A DNA stretch of 64,000 nucleotides, taken from assembly GCA_965237675.1 (NCBI GenBank), contig OZ250150.1:4480001-4544000 (forward strand), in the 5' to 3' direction. The notes under the pieces were generated by a model. That model saw only the letters and a program-made list of their open reading frames with translations. It ran no database searches and was not told where the DNA came from. The position numbers and the translations under genes are program-made. Below, piece after piece: positions 39,494-50,444 of the stretch. The DNA is from Candidatus Latescibacterota bacterium (GTDB taxonomy: Bacteria > Latescibacterota > UBA2968 > GCA-2709665). How positions within the stretch are numbered: position 1 is the stretch's first letter; every line of letters starts with the position of its first letter.

Positions 39494-40153
39494 TCACTGT
39501 CTTGACCCGCGATCCCGTATCTGAAGGCGCCTGAAAAGGTACGCCCGCGAAACCAGCGTCACCGGTACGGTCAGGAACAGACCCACCAGCAAACAAAGTG
39601 CGCCGCCGATATTGATCAGGACTGTCAATAATCCGAACAGGAACAGGCGCCATCTAACGCCCCGGGTCGTCGCCGCGCTGCGGCGCAGTGCATCGAACGC
39701 ACCCGCGCGTTCGTCTACAATATGGTAGGCGTAAAACTGAAACATCACCAAAAGAATCACACCAGGTACGATAAGCAGAATCAAGCCGGCAAGCACCATC
39801 AGAGCTGCAATAAGAGTCGAGATAAAGTACGTCGGCGCCAACGGATAGTGTACGAACAGATCCGCGACGCGTGGCTTTCGACCGTCACACAATCGCAGTG
39901 AAATGACCGTTAACCCGACGTCCATGATCATACCTGCAACCAATGCGACTATCCCCGCAAGGAATGCCCAGCCCTCCGAGTAAGCGTTCACCCTGAAAAC
40001 GACGCCATTCAGTGCCAGGGTTACCAGGACGTACAGGATCCCGAGTCCGAGGATAAACCCCCGATTGTGCATCGTTGTCCGCCAGCCGAACCGCAACGCC
40101 TCGGCGATGGAGAACCTAAGAGCGGTCATATTCGGCATCCGTATCGCAAACAA
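39494..40153 (-). CDS. Integral membrane protein (DUF975-like)
   Basis: Five to six TM helices; LLIVPGVI, ALRRS..T.G.RW.LF. Confidence 0.65.
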   Translation of the reverse strand: MFAIRMPNMTALRFSIAEALRFGWRTTMHNRGFILGLGILYVLVTLALNGVVFRVNAYSEGWAFLAGIVALVAGMIMDVGLTVISLRLCDGRKPRVADLFVHYPLAPTYFISTLIAALMVLAGLILLIVPGVILLVMFQFYAYHIVDERAGAFDALRRSAATTRGVRWRLFLFGLLTVLINIGGALCLLVGLFLTVPVTLVSRAYLFRRLQIRDRGSRQ

Positions 40154-40270
40154 GAGGAACGTGTTTCGTTACCGGGCCGTCAGGGTTTTCTCTCTCGCTG
40201 AATCAACTAAAGGCGCATCCACTCCCGCGCTAAACTGATCATATACAACGCGTCGGCTCCCCGCGCTTCG

Positions 40271-41410
40271 TCAATCTATCCGGACATTCGTCAACATCCG
40301 CGCCTTGGTCCTGCATTCTTCGTACTCGCCTCCGGCGTCTGAATCGTGGGTCACGCCGCTGCCCACGCCGAACTCCGCAAGCCCCGTCTCCCGATCGACG
40401 GTCACCGTACGAATGGCGACATTGAACTGAGCCTCGGGGCCGGGAGATGTATATCCGATGCTGCCAGAATAGACCCCGCGCGGCGAATCCTCCAATTCCG
40501 ATATGATCTCCATTGTCCGCACCTTGGGAGCGCCGGTGACGGACCCGCAGGGGAAGGCCGCCCTCAGCACATCCGAGACCCCGACGCCGGTACGGAGACG
40601 GGACCGAACGGTGGACGTCATCTGCAGCACGGTTTCATACCGCTCCACCTCCCATAACGCCGGTGTGCGCACGCTGCCGGTTTCCGAGACCCGCCCCAGA
40701 TCGTTACGGAGCATGTCCACGATCATCACGTTCTCCGCGCGTTCCTTCGGCGAATTCCTCAATACCTCGGAATGCCGCCGGTCCTCCTCCGGCCATCGGC
40801 CTCGAGGCCGCGTGCCCTTCATCGGTCGGGCGCTCAATTCACGCGATTTCAGCCGGAAAAACAGTTCGGGAGAAGCCGAAAGAACCTGAAAGCGTCCTGT
40901 ATCCACGTAAGCCGAATACGCCGTCCGCTGGGTCCGGCAGAGGTCCTGATAGAAGGCTGCGGCGTCCCCCGAAAAATCCGCGCGCAACCGATACGTGAAG
41001 TTCACCTGGTATGTGTCGCCCGCTGCAATATAGCTGTGAATCCTGGCCACCACGTCTTCGTATTTTGCCCTGCAGATAGACGGATGCCACGCCGAAAGCG
41101 AATATGCGCGACGGGTGGGATCATCGTCCGGCCGCGCCGCAGTCCGCCGTTCAAATATCCCGAACCAGACCAGGGGCATCGCACCGGGCGCCCTTGTCTT
41201 CAGTGCGGAATCCAATCCGGCGGCCGCTTCGTACGCGATATATCCCGCGGCATGCAGGCCGCTGGACACGGCGCGTTCCACTTCCTTCAGCGCCAGGTTC
41301 ACGTCCCCGTGGCGGCGGGCGACGACCTGACCGACACATCCGGAAAAAGCAAACGAAACCCCGTCCTGATCGGATCGGTAGGATTGTAACAGTACCGTCG
41401 GCGCATCCAT
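40271..41410 (-). CDS. pabB: Aminodeoxychorismate synthase component I
   Basis: GDTYQVN, SPELFF, PMKGT, ENVMIVDMLRNDLG, FPCGSVTGAPK and NVAIRT. Confidence 0.9.
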   Translation of the reverse strand: MDAPTVLLQSYRSDQDGVSFAFSGCVGQVVARRHGDVNLALKEVERAVSSGLHAAGYIAYEAAAGLDSALKTRAPGAMPLVWFGIFERRTAARPDDDPTRRAYSLSAWHPSICRAKYEDVVARIHSYIAAGDTYQVNFTYRLRADFSGDAAAFYQDLCRTQRTAYSAYVDTGRFQVLSASPELFFRLKSRELSARPMKGTRPRGRWPEEDRRHSEVLRNSPKERAENVMIVDMLRNDLGRVSETGSVRTPALWEVERYETVLQMTSTVRSRLRTGVGVSDVLRAAFPCGSVTGAPKVRTMEIISELEDSPRGVYSGSIGYTSPGPEAQFNVAIRTVTVDRETGLAEFGVGSGVTHDSDAGGEYEECRTKARMLTNVRID

Positions 41411-41505
41411 ACGACTCTTCCAACGGGAAGCGGGCAACACAACGTGAAACCTTGCGCATCAGTCAGCGACGCGAAAACGGTCACCAGCCGTACCCGCCCC
41501 CAGTA

Positions 41506-42327
41506 CTAACCGCCGCTCGCGGCGCGATTTTCAGCCCAGTTGCCGTACACGTCCACGTCCACGCCCTCCACCTTCGGTCTGACGCCCTTTACCATGAAGC
41601 CGGGACGCCCCATTCCCTGACCCCCCTCCTGCCGGTTGCGGGGATCCCTGAATCCCAGCCGCACCAGCCGCCGCCAGTTGCCGCTGTGGTTGACGGCCGA
41701 ACCGTGAATGGTCCACAGGTAGAACAGGACCACGTCTCCGGCCCTGGCCGGAACCGACACGGCATCCTGAAGTCGGTACTGGCCTGTGGGCAGGTGGGGC
41801 GCGGTACCGGTTCCCGTAATATGTTCCAGCTTGCCGAGCCTGTGGGACCCCTCGAGAAATTTGATGCATCCGCTGGTTTCGTCGGCGTCGTCCAGATGCA
41901 CCAGACAATCGGCGTACCGGCCGTCATGATGGGGGAAAAACGGAAGGTCCTGATGCATGGGAAACGGCGCCCCTTTGTCCGGCGGCTTCGCGTGGAGCGT
42001 CACGTGATGCAATTCGACGGCATCCGATCCCAGCAGGTCTCCGACCGCAGCGCCCAATTCCCGCTTGGTGATGGCACGGGACCAGGCCGCGGAATAGTGC
42101 TGCAACTCATGGATAGCCACAAGGGTCGCGACCGCATCCTCTTCTTCATCCATATACTTCTTCCGCCATGGCCCTTTCCAGGCCGAATCCCAGTTCGCGA
42201 ACACTTCCATGATATAGTTCAATTCTTCACCCATCTCACGCACTTCTTCTGGCGAGAACATCCCTTCCAGCCGGATGTACCCGTTTTCGCGGAAAAAAGC
42301 AACCTGCGATTCGCTCAGCATATCCAT
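41506..42327 (-). CDS. Phytanoyl-CoA dioxygenase (PhyH) family protein
   Basis: FRENGY, MHQD, GSH and IHGS..N.S...R. Confidence 0.9.
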   Translation of the reverse strand: MDMLSESQVAFFRENGYIRLEGMFSPEEVREMGEELNYIMEVFANWDSAWKGPWRKKYMDEEEDAVATLVAIHELQHYSAAWSRAITKRELGAAVGDLLGSDAVELHHVTLHAKPPDKGAPFPMHQDLPFFPHHDGRYADCLVHLDDADETSGCIKFLEGSHRLGKLEHITGTGTAPHLPTGQYRLQDAVSVPARAGDVVLFYLWTIHGSAVNHSGNWRRLVRLGFRDPRNRQEGGQGMGRPGFMVKGVRPKVEGVDVDVYGNWAENRAASGG

Positions 42328-42556
42328 ATTGTAGAATCCTCCTTGCATTCGGGAATTGGCCCGATCTTTCAACTGCCGCCAGCCCGGACCGCGGGTGGAC
42401 CGGCGGTGTTGATTCGCACGTCAAATGACCGGCCTGAACAATGGCGGCTTCTTTCCTGCGCCGTGAGCGACAGGAATTTCCGGACAATCACCGAATTTGA
42501 AATGGGTCTTGAATGCCAGGGACCTCCCCGTTTGACCTGCGGATTATTTCCGCATT

Positions 42557-42946
42557 TCACCCCGAACCTCTGCCGCCAATCAGGATAAGGAACGCACTGT
42601 CCTGCCCGGCTTCCACGGCGTGGGGGACGTCTGCCGTGAACGATACCGCCGAACCGTGTTCAAGGGGCATTTTCTCATTGCCGGTCAATATCCGAATGCT
42701 CCCGCTGAGCGTGATTACGGTCGCGGGGCCTGGCGCTCGATGTTCGTGGATAAGCGCCCCTTCCCTGATGACGGTGAGTACCACCGTCATTTCTTTCCCT
42801 CTGACCAGCGTAAGCGCGTTCCGACCCGATTCGGCGAATGCTTCTTCCGCCATCAGCTGTTTCGCCATCGCAAGCAGCGGAAACGAACCGATCCACGAGG
42901 TGTCCAGATGCGACGGTCGGTAGGGTCGCTCGAATGCCGTATTCAT
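42557..42946 (-). CDS. Cupin domain protein
   Basis: IHEHRAPG...LSG and DVPHAVEA. Confidence 0.85.
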   Translation of the reverse strand: MNTAFERPYRPSHLDTSWIGSFPLLAMAKQLMAEEAFAESGRNALTLVRGKEMTVVLTVIREGALIHEHRAPGPATVITLSGSIRILTGNEKMPLEHGSAVSFTADVPHAVEAGQDSAFLILIGGRGSG

Positions 42947-42990
42947 TGTCGAACCTCCATTCGGGAGAAACCGAACGAAAACCGCAGTCG

Positions 42991-44490
42991 TCAGTTCTTG
43001 GTGCCCGCGCTTTCGTTGAACCAGCCTTTCAGGCTTGGATAAAGTCCGCAGTATCGGTGAAACTGTTTTTCATATTCAGTCGCCCGCACCGGGCAACACC
43101 GAACGGTCTCACCCACGCAGACCGAGCGTTCGCAGGCGGTTCCAAAATCGGGAAACACGCCCACACCCACGCCGGCAATCACGGCCGCGCCCAGCGCCGA
43201 CGCATCCTGCACCTCCAGTACCCGTACGTCCCGTCCGAACACATCGGCCTGGATCTGACGCCAGAGCGCCGACCTCGCGCCGCCTTCGCCGATTCGCAGG
43301 TCCTTTATTGACAGCCCGATGTCCTCGAAACACTCCAGAGAGCGCCTCAGATCGAACGCCACGCCCTCCATCAACGAGCGCACCAGGTGCGCTTTCGTAT
43401 GGCGCAGCGTCAATCCCATCCAGCCGCCACGGGCGCGTGCGTCGGGGTGGGGCGTTGCCGCCCCTTCCAGCCACGGAAGAAAGAAAAGCCCTTCGCTGCC
43501 GGCGGGCGCTTCCGACGCATGCCGTGTCAAGGCGGCTACGTCCTCGCCGAGTTGTGTACTCAACCAGGCCATACTCGCCCCGCACGTATATGAACAACCC
43601 AGCCAGAAAAAAGCGCCCGGAACCGCATGGCACATCGGCCAGAGCCTGTTGAAAGCCGCGGCATCCAATCGCTCCGCGAACGCGAGCGCGTGCCCCGCCG
43701 TACCGATGCCGACGTTCACAACGCCGGGTCTGATAACACCGCTGCCCACCGCCAGGCAGGAGACATCGCCGCCGCCCGCGCACACGGGCGTCTTGGCGGC
43801 CAGCCCCATTTCCACGGAAGCCCGGTCGGTCAGCGCACCAATCACGTCTGGAGACTCCGAAATAGCGGGAAACAGGTCGCGGCGCACCTCCAGGGCATCG
43901 AGAATCTCGCCACTCCAATCCCTCGCCCGAAGATCCGCGGCTGCGGATACCGACGCGTCAGACACATCCGAACCGTATGTCCCCGTCATCCGAAACCGCA
44001 CCCAATCCTTCGGAATCAGCACATACCGCGCCTCCTGGTACACATCCGGCTCGTGGGCACGCACCCACAGCACCTTGGCCAGCGTGTTGATGGGATTCAG
44101 TACGTGCATGGCTCTGGTTCGCAGCAGATCTCCCGCGCGCGCGTTTGCCGCGTCGCATTCTGCCTGCGAGCGGCGGTCGAGCCAGAGAATGGGCGCTCTC
44201 AGCGGATTGCCGGCGCCGTCCACAAACACGGCCCCGTTCATATGCCCGGACAGCGACACGCCCCGTACTTCATTAACGGATCGCCCTTGCTCCCGGAGTT
44301 CACCAGCGGCCCGGCGGGTGGTCGCACAGATCGCCCGCCACCAATCGTGGGCGTTCTGTTCCACCCAGCCCGCCTGCGGCGTCTGCATGGTGTATGTTGC
44401 ACTGGCGGAAACCAGTACCGTACCGCTTTCGTCCAGAACAACGGTCTTGGTGCTGGATGTACCCAGATCGATTCCGACAACCAGTGCCAT
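42991..44490 (-). CDS. xylB: FGGY-family sugar kinase (xylulokinase-like)
   Basis: GIDLGTSSTK, SGHMNG, ILWLDRR, GGGD and GGARSALW.QI.ADV; substrate uncertain. Confidence 0.8.
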   Translation of the reverse strand: MALVVGIDLGTSSTKTVVLDESGTVLVSASATYTMQTPQAGWVEQNAHDWWRAICATTRRAAGELREQGRSVNEVRGVSLSGHMNGAVFVDGAGNPLRAPILWLDRRSQAECDAANARAGDLLRTRAMHVLNPINTLAKVLWVRAHEPDVYQEARYVLIPKDWVRFRMTGTYGSDVSDASVSAAADLRARDWSGEILDALEVRRDLFPAISESPDVIGALTDRASVEMGLAAKTPVCAGGGDVSCLAVGSGVIRPGVVNVGIGTAGHALAFAERLDAAAFNRLWPMCHAVPGAFFWLGCSYTCGASMAWLSTQLGEDVAALTRHASEAPAGSEGLFFLPWLEGAATPHPDARARGGWMGLTLRHTKAHLVRSLMEGVAFDLRRSLECFEDIGLSIKDLRIGEGGARSALWRQIQADVFGRDVRVLEVQDASALGAAVIAGVGVGVFPDFGTACERSVCVGETVRCCPVRATEYEKQFHRYCGLYPSLKGWFNESAGTKN

Positions 44491-44698
44491 AAGCCAGGAC
44501 TCGCGATACAAGTGACGGGTTGAAGGCCTGCTCCCGGTGTTGCACACGATCTGTCGTATCCGGACGTTCAGGATACGGATATATTCAAACCGCGACCCGA
44601 TCCGCCCGGTTCAACCCGCAGCAACCAGGGTTCACCCTGCACCACCGGGACATGGAGAGGGATCGACGGCCCAAACCCTCCGATCCTCACCACCCGCG

Positions 44699-45625
44699 TT
44701 ATGCCCCCGCCAGAAACCTCCGCGGGTTGTTCACCAACAGATCCTCGATCGCGCCGTCCGAAACCCCTTCTTCACGCAACCGGGGAACGAACCGGGTCAA
44801 CACGTAGTCCAACCCCGGGCCGCCTCCGTAGTCTCGCCAGTAACTGGGCCGACCCAGATCGTTGCCCAGCAGAATCCGGTCGCCAAGTCCGGCGTCAATC
44901 ATCCGCTTCAGAACGGAAATGCGCAATTCATCCGGGCCGTACTTCACTTTGCCCGGGCAGTCGTAGCCCAGATAAGCGCCGGTTTCCGCAATTCGCCGAT
45001 GCTCCCAGAAATCCGGGTTCCTGTCCATATGGCTCAAACATACACGGCCCGGAGGCACACCCTGCGCGTCCAGGAACGAAACCTGATCGTATCCCATCGT
45101 TCCGGCTTCCGTATGGGTAATCACCGGCACGCCCGTTTCCACTTGTACCTTCGCCGCGATGCGCATCAGCTTCCTGTCGGCCTCGTGAAACGTATTGTAT
45201 CCGCTGCCACCCTTCACGATGCCGGCCTTCACGCCGGTTCCGTCGATCCCCACCTCGATGTCCCGGATGCAACTTCTGATCATCGCGACTTCGTCCTGTT
45301 GCAAGATCGCGCGGTCACAGAAATAGGGCTTGTTGTATCCCGTTATGACAACCACGTACACGTCGGGCACCAGGTCCGCAATCCGGATCACCTGCCGCAC
45401 ATTGCGACCGAAATCAATCGCGGACATTTCGACCATGGTTCTGCCGCCCGCGCGCGCCCAGGAACGAAGCTCCGCGGCCGATCGTTCCACGTTGTCGAGC
45501 CGGAAATCCCCATCTTCTCTCAACAGCCAGTCCGGCGCGTCGAAATACAGGTGTTCGTGGTAATCCACAATGCCCAGATCTTCGCCATCGATCTCCCCAC
45601 GCACCGTCATCACCGTTCCCATCAT
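44699..45625 (-). CDS. Phosphotriesterase-related (Php) amidohydrolase
   Basis: DYHEHL, GIVK, ITHT, LSHMDR and LLGND. Confidence 0.9.
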   Translation of the reverse strand: MMGTVMTVRGEIDGEDLGIVDYHEHLYFDAPDWLLREDGDFRLDNVERSAAELRSWARAGGRTMVEMSAIDFGRNVRQVIRIADLVPDVYVVVITGYNKPYFCDRAILQQDEVAMIRSCIRDIEVGIDGTGVKAGIVKGGSGYNTFHEADRKLMRIAAKVQVETGVPVITHTEAGTMGYDQVSFLDAQGVPPGRVCLSHMDRNPDFWEHRRIAETGAYLGYDCPGKVKYGPDELRISVLKRMIDAGLGDRILLGNDLGRPSYWRDYGGGPGLDYVLTRFVPRLREEGVSDGAIEDLLVNNPRRFLAGA

Positions 45626-46380
45626 GCCCCCTGACCGAGGTCAATCCCGGATAAGAAATCCGTCCACACCTCCGCCATGCGCGCCACACATTCGTGAAAC
45701 CACCGCTCGCCCTTCTCAGCGGAAGCGACCGTGGCATCGCCGAACACACCTGACGTGGACAGACTGCCCAGGGTCCGCGTGGACATCTCGTACTCCACGG
45801 ACCGCGGCGGATACTCCCTGACGGCCAGTTCCATCCGGACCCACTCGGGCCTCAGGTAGAGCATGAGGGACGTTTCAAACTCTTCCGCGTGAAAATTCAT
45901 CGGCGCCCATTGCGGAGACTCCGCATCCGCCATCACTTCATCCAACCCGGGATAGAAGACGTTCAACACCTTCAAATCCAGTTCGTCGACAAGCTCCCTG
46001 GCGGTCATCTTCAACGGGACGGGATTCGCGCCGTGACCCGAAAGCGTCATCAGCGCGCGGCAGCCGCTCCGGTGCCCGCTGCGCGCCAGGTCTTTCACCA
46101 CCTCCCTGAAGGTATCGAACGAGAACGTGAGGGTACCCGGATAGTCGCGCCAGCTCCAGGAGTACCCCACCTGGATCACCGGCAACACGAGTCCCGAACT
46201 CCTTTTAGCGACTTCGATGGCCAGAGCCTCGGCGAGCACCGTATCGGTGTTCTGGGGCAGATGAGGCCCGTGCTGCTCGGTTGCCCCCAGGGGCAGGATC
46301 GCAACCGGCGTTTTCGACAGGAAATCTCTACACTCCGGCCAGGTTGCCGTTGCCGCATCCAACCAATCTGACTCGCTCAT
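45622..46380 (-). CDS. Creatininase-family protein
   Basis: PLGATEQHGPHLP..TD, HGAN, HAEEFETS and GVFGD. Confidence 0.9.
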   Translation of the reverse strand: MSESDWLDAATATWPECRDFLSKTPVAILPLGATEQHGPHLPQNTDTVLAEALAIEVAKRSSGLVLPVIQVGYSWSWRDYPGTLTFSFDTFREVVKDLARSGHRSGCRALMTLSGHGANPVPLKMTARELVDELDLKVLNVFYPGLDEVMADAESPQWAPMNFHAEEFETSLMLYLRPEWVRMELAVREYPPRSVEYEMSTRTLGSLSTSGVFGDATVASAEKGERWFHECVARMAEVWTDFLSGIDLGQGA

Positions 46381-46440
46381 ACCGTATCTCCCGGGACAAA
46401 CACCGCATCCGGCATGAAATACGACCGAAGCACGCCGACG

Positions 46441-48186
46441 TCAAGGTCCCGCCTCCGAAACGACCACTTCCCGGTTCACCTTCAGGTCGTAGAACTTCTG
46501 GCGCGTTCCGCCCGGCCACCGCACCTCCATGCTGTCCACACTCGCCTCGCCGTCCACGCCAACGTGTACCCGAGTATCGTTCTGCGACTGGTATCCGGAC
46601 CCGGCCCGCACCTCCCGCACCTGCCGCAGCCCCCCCGCCCAGACCGTCACCCTCGCCCCGACCCCTGACCCGTTTGTCGATCCCGGTCCCTGGCCCCGGC
46701 CCCTCAGAGTCAGTTTCAACCAGTGACCGCGATTCCCGCCGTCGTTCCGCAACACGTCCACACCCGACACCACCCCCACGGGTATCCGGCAATATCGATT
46801 CAACACGGCGATATCCAGATCACCGTCGTTATCGAAATCGAAGCACACCGCGCCCCGGCTCTGACGTCTCAGCATCAATCCCGATCCGGACGTGGATGAA
46901 ACGTCGTCGAAGCCTCCATTTCCCGTGTTTCGAAACAGAAAATTGCTTTGCGCCGTGGACGCACCCGGGTCAACCCGCTCGATTCCGTCCTGCACATGCC
47001 CGTTTGCCAGGAACAGATCCAGCCAGCCGTCGTTGTCGTAGTCGAAAAAAAAGACGCCCCAACCCAGCACTCCGCGGGTGGACCGCCCGAGGCGCGACGG
47101 AAAGGCCACATCCAGAAACAAGCCCGCGCCTTCGTTCCGGTAGAACGCAAACGCTTCATCCTGAAACGCCGTGGTTGCCAGGTCGAACCTGCCGTCGTTA
47201 TTATAATCCCCGGCCGCCACCCCCATGGTCGCCTGCGCATTGCCGTTGCCGTCGAAGGCCGTGCCCGAGATCAAACCCACGTCCGAAAAACGCCCCCCCG
47301 GCCAGGGTCCATCGTTGTGAAACAGGCTGTTCCCGCCCTGGTCGTCGGAAACGAACAGATCCGGATCGCCGTCCCCGTCGTAGTCGGAAAACACCACCCC
47401 CATGGCCCGCCCGTCGGCGGCGTCCACGCCCACCTGCACCGCGACATCCACGAATCGCCCGTTGCCATCGTTCCGGTAGAATCGATTCGACGCCGCGGGA
47501 AAATTCAACGGGCTGGCATAGAGCGGAAGATCTCCACGCGCCCTTTCCCGAAGGGTTTCGGAGAGATAGGGAATCCGGCTCCCCCCGCCCTCTTCGCCGA
47601 GCCGGTAACGCACGTAGTTCGCGACGTACAGATCCAGGTCGCCGTCGCCGTCGTAATCCGCGAAGGCAACGCCGCCGCCCCATCCTTCATCGCCCACCCC
47701 CGCCTCCTCGGTCGCGTCGACAAATCGTCCATCTCCCTCGTTGCGATACAATACGTTCGGGCCGTAGTTACTTACGTACAGATCCAGGTCGCCATCGTTA
47801 TCGTAGTCGGCGGCCGCACATCCCATCCCATATCCAGTATCGCCCACCCCGGCCTCGCGCGTCACATCCGCAAAGCGACCGTTGCCCAGATTTCGATAGA
47901 GCCGGTTGACCGCGGGCGCGTCCGGCGCGTCGTTGGCCGGCCAAGACGCCCCATTCACGACATAGAGATCCACCCATCCGTCGTTGTCGTAATCGAAGGC
48001 AGCCAGCCCTCCGCCGTTGACCTCCGGCGGGTAAAAGGCCCCGGAAGCGCCGTTCACATGCTCAAAATCGATGCCAATCTCGCGTGACACTTCCACGAAC
48101 TGAGGGCGTTGATCGCCTGTCGTGGAAAACGGCATCCACAGGAACGTGCTCCAGGCAGTTACCGCGAACAACACGTCCCGTCTCAT
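46441..48186 (-). CDS. CRTAC1-family protein (FG-GAP repeats + ASPIC/UnbV)
   Basis: Repeated DYDNDG.LDL motifs; GSGYQSQ, VRWP.G; N-terminal signal-like segment. Confidence 0.9.
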   Translation of the reverse strand: MRRDVLFAVTAWSTFLWMPFSTTGDQRPQFVEVSREIGIDFEHVNGASGAFYPPEVNGGGLAAFDYDNDGWVDLYVVNGASWPANDAPDAPAVNRLYRNLGNGRFADVTREAGVGDTGYGMGCAAADYDNDGDLDLYVSNYGPNVLYRNEGDGRFVDATEEAGVGDEGWGGGVAFADYDGDGDLDLYVANYVRYRLGEEGGGSRIPYLSETLRERARGDLPLYASPLNFPAASNRFYRNDGNGRFVDVAVQVGVDAADGRAMGVVFSDYDGDGDPDLFVSDDQGGNSLFHNDGPWPGGRFSDVGLISGTAFDGNGNAQATMGVAAGDYNNDGRFDLATTAFQDEAFAFYRNEGAGLFLDVAFPSRLGRSTRGVLGWGVFFFDYDNDGWLDLFLANGHVQDGIERVDPGASTAQSNFLFRNTGNGGFDDVSSTSGSGLMLRRQSRGAVCFDFDNDGDLDIAVLNRYCRIPVGVVSGVDVLRNDGGNRGHWLKLTLRGRGQGPGSTNGSGVGARVTVWAGGLRQVREVRAGSGYQSQNDTRVHVGVDGEASVDSMEVRWPGGTRQKFYDLKVNREVVVSEAGP

Positions 48187-48228
48187 ACCCGGCTCCGCAT
48201 TCCGTCCCGCCCGCCCGCGCGATCCTGT

Positions 48229-49047
48229 TCAGGTCGAAGGGGGGGTGACCTCGGCGTCATCGCCTGAAGCTTTATAGAGATTCCCGGTGGGAATATCCGT
48301 CATCAACGCGTGGCCGGGTGTGTAGGAGAGCGCCAGCGGAAGCCGTGCCTGTTGAGCCGCAAGACTGGGAGTCACGCCACAGGCCCAGTAGAGGCGGTCG
48401 GTGCCCTCCGGAACCTGTATCGAATTTCCTGATATCGTCGTATCGAGATCCTGAATGCCCAGTGCGTTGCCGTTATTCCTGCCCAGCGGCGCCCCGTGGC
48501 ATTCCGGGAAGTGGCTTGTGAACTCCCATACGGCATCGCAACGTTCGGGTAGAAAGCTGCGCATTGTGACCGCCATCTTGCTTCTGAATCTGCCCACCGG
48601 CTCGCAGTCCAGGTCCGTCAGCTGAATACACGGCCCAAATGCGGCTTCGTACCCCTTCTCCACCAGGAGTCCGTCGAAAGACACGCTGGAACCGATCAGA
48701 AAAGTCACCATACGCCCGGAATAAAGGGAGACCACGTCCTGCCGCTGCTCGACCACCACGCCTTCCCGGATCACGTCGTACGAGCCGAGGTCGGTGCGAA
48801 TGTCGAGCACGCGCGCCATTGCCGGACAATCCGTCCGTCCGGCGGGCATCACGGCCAGCAGCGGACACGGTTTCGGATTCGCCCGGCAGAATCCCTCAAA
48901 CTCCGCGGCGTAGTCCTCGTCCATCATCACCACATTCACACACAGATACCCCGAAAGCGCGCGCGAAGCCACCGTTTTCAGGGTATTCTGGCGGCATGCG
49001 AGCCGCACCTCCAGCGGAGATCGAAACACCAGGGGTTCCATCACCAT
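48229..49047 (-). CDS. DUF1445 / D-glutamate cyclase-family protein
   Basis: FC.ANPKPCPLL, DIRTDL, HGAP, WACGVTP and PGH.LMTD. Confidence 0.85.
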   Translation of the reverse strand: MVMEPLVFRSPLEVRLACRQNTLKTVASRALSGYLCVNVVMMDEDYAAEFEGFCRANPKPCPLLAVMPAGRTDCPAMARVLDIRTDLGSYDVIREGVVVEQRQDVVSLYSGRMVTFLIGSSVSFDGLLVEKGYEAAFGPCIQLTDLDCEPVGRFRSKMAVTMRSFLPERCDAVWEFTSHFPECHGAPLGRNNGNALGIQDLDTTISGNSIQVPEGTDRLYWACGVTPSLAAQQARLPLALSYTPGHALMTDIPTGNLYKASGDDAEVTPPST

Positions 49048-49054
49048 TCTTCCC

Positions 49055-50338
49055 TTAAAGAAGCTTCTGATGCTGAAGCACAACCTTCCTGAACGCCGTG
49101 GCGAACTGATCGATGAACCCGTCCGCGGCCTGGATATGGCCGGAATAGGACAGCACACGCGAACCCATCTCTTCCGAAATCGGGAAGTCCCCCTCGCGAT
49201 AACGAGGCAGGGGTACATTTGCCGGCCCCTCGTGCCCGGCTCCCCACAGACCCGGCAGATCCTTTGTGTAAATCGCCCGCAGATGTTCCACGTGTCCCAG
49301 CCCGGGGCCGTTCAGGGGTGCGCCCTCGGCCCGCATCGCCGCCACGAATCGTCCCGCAGGCAACCCGCCCAACGCTTCCGGGTCGTAGACGAACTTGATC
49401 CCGCCGTAGAGTTCCACGCCCCGGGCTTTCTTGAAGTTGCAAACCGGCCGGATGCCCGGCAGTCCCTCGATTTTTCGAAACAGGGCCTCCCGGTTGGCTT
49501 CAAACCGGTCCAGCCGTTCGGGAAGATGCCCCAGAGAGACCAGCCCGATTGCCATGGCCAGTGGATGCGGCCGCCATTTCCATCCGAGAAGCTGCGGTTC
49601 CAATTCACGGTAGACCGGATTCGTGAGTTCCTCCACCGCGCCCGGTCGGTGCAGATGGCAGTAGATTAACGCGCGCTCGTACAGCTCGCGGTCGTTCGTC
49701 GCCACAATACCCGCCTCGCCGCCCGCTACCGGCTTGCCCCCGGGCGTCCCGCCCTGCATGCTGAAGCACGCGATATGACCCAGGTTGCCAATCTTCACCC
49801 CGTCCCATTCGCTGCCGTGCGCGTGAGCCGCATCCTCCACGACCACCAGCCGGTGGGCATCCGCCAGGTCCAGCAACCGGTCCATATCGCACACCCGTCC
49901 GCAGGAATGAATGGGTGAAATCACGCGCGTTTTATCCGTGATTCGCCGCGCCACGTCGGCCGGATCCATCAGCAGCGTCTCCGGATCGATCTCGCAGAAA
50001 ACGGGCGTGGCGCCCATATGCAGCGCGCCGGCATAGCTGCCTATATATCCGATTGCGGGTGTGATAAATTCATCGCCCGCACCCAGACCCGCGGCGAAGA
50101 ATCCGCTGGCCAGGGCCGTATGCCCGTGGCTGGTTGTCAGTACGTATTTACAGCCCACGTACTCTGCGAACCGTTCTTCGAATTCTTTCGGAACCCCAGA
50201 TCCCGACCCGGAGAGATAGCCCTCGTCTATCAGGGCGCACACCGCCGCTTTCTCCGCTTCTACAGGGCGCCGCCACTGCTCCCCGCTATCGGCCGTAATC
50301 GCCTTTTCTCCACCGAGAACCGCAAGTTCTGTTGTCAT
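49055..50338 (-). CDS. DegT/DnrJ/EryC1/StrS aminotransferase (second copy)
   Basis: EDAAHAHG and FSMQ....GKPVAGGEAG. Confidence 0.85.
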   Translation of the reverse strand: MTTELAVLGGEKAITADSGEQWRRPVEAEKAAVCALIDEGYLSGSGSGVPKEFEERFAEYVGCKYVLTTSHGHTALASGFFAAGLGAGDEFITPAIGYIGSYAGALHMGATPVFCEIDPETLLMDPADVARRITDKTRVISPIHSCGRVCDMDRLLDLADAHRLVVVEDAAHAHGSEWDGVKIGNLGHIACFSMQGGTPGGKPVAGGEAGIVATNDRELYERALIYCHLHRPGAVEELTNPVYRELEPQLLGWKWRPHPLAMAIGLVSLGHLPERLDRFEANREALFRKIEGLPGIRPVCNFKKARGVELYGGIKFVYDPEALGGLPAGRFVAAMRAEGAPLNGPGLGHVEHLRAIYTKDLPGLWGAGHEGPANVPLPRYREGDFPISEEMGSRVLSYSGHIQAADGFIDQFATAFRKVVLQHQKLL

Positions 50339-50444
50339 CAACGGTTTCCTCTTCCTCAGATTGCGAACCCCGCGCCGAAGCTCGCTTCGGGCGGGGCCTT
50401 GACTCAACGGTCGCGCTGGAACGACGATCTCGCACGCCTGTACC

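Noticed and set aside
40271-41410. pabB truncated by loss of a fused ADC-lyase domain
   Set aside because: Stand-alone PabB is common and no downstream remnant is visible
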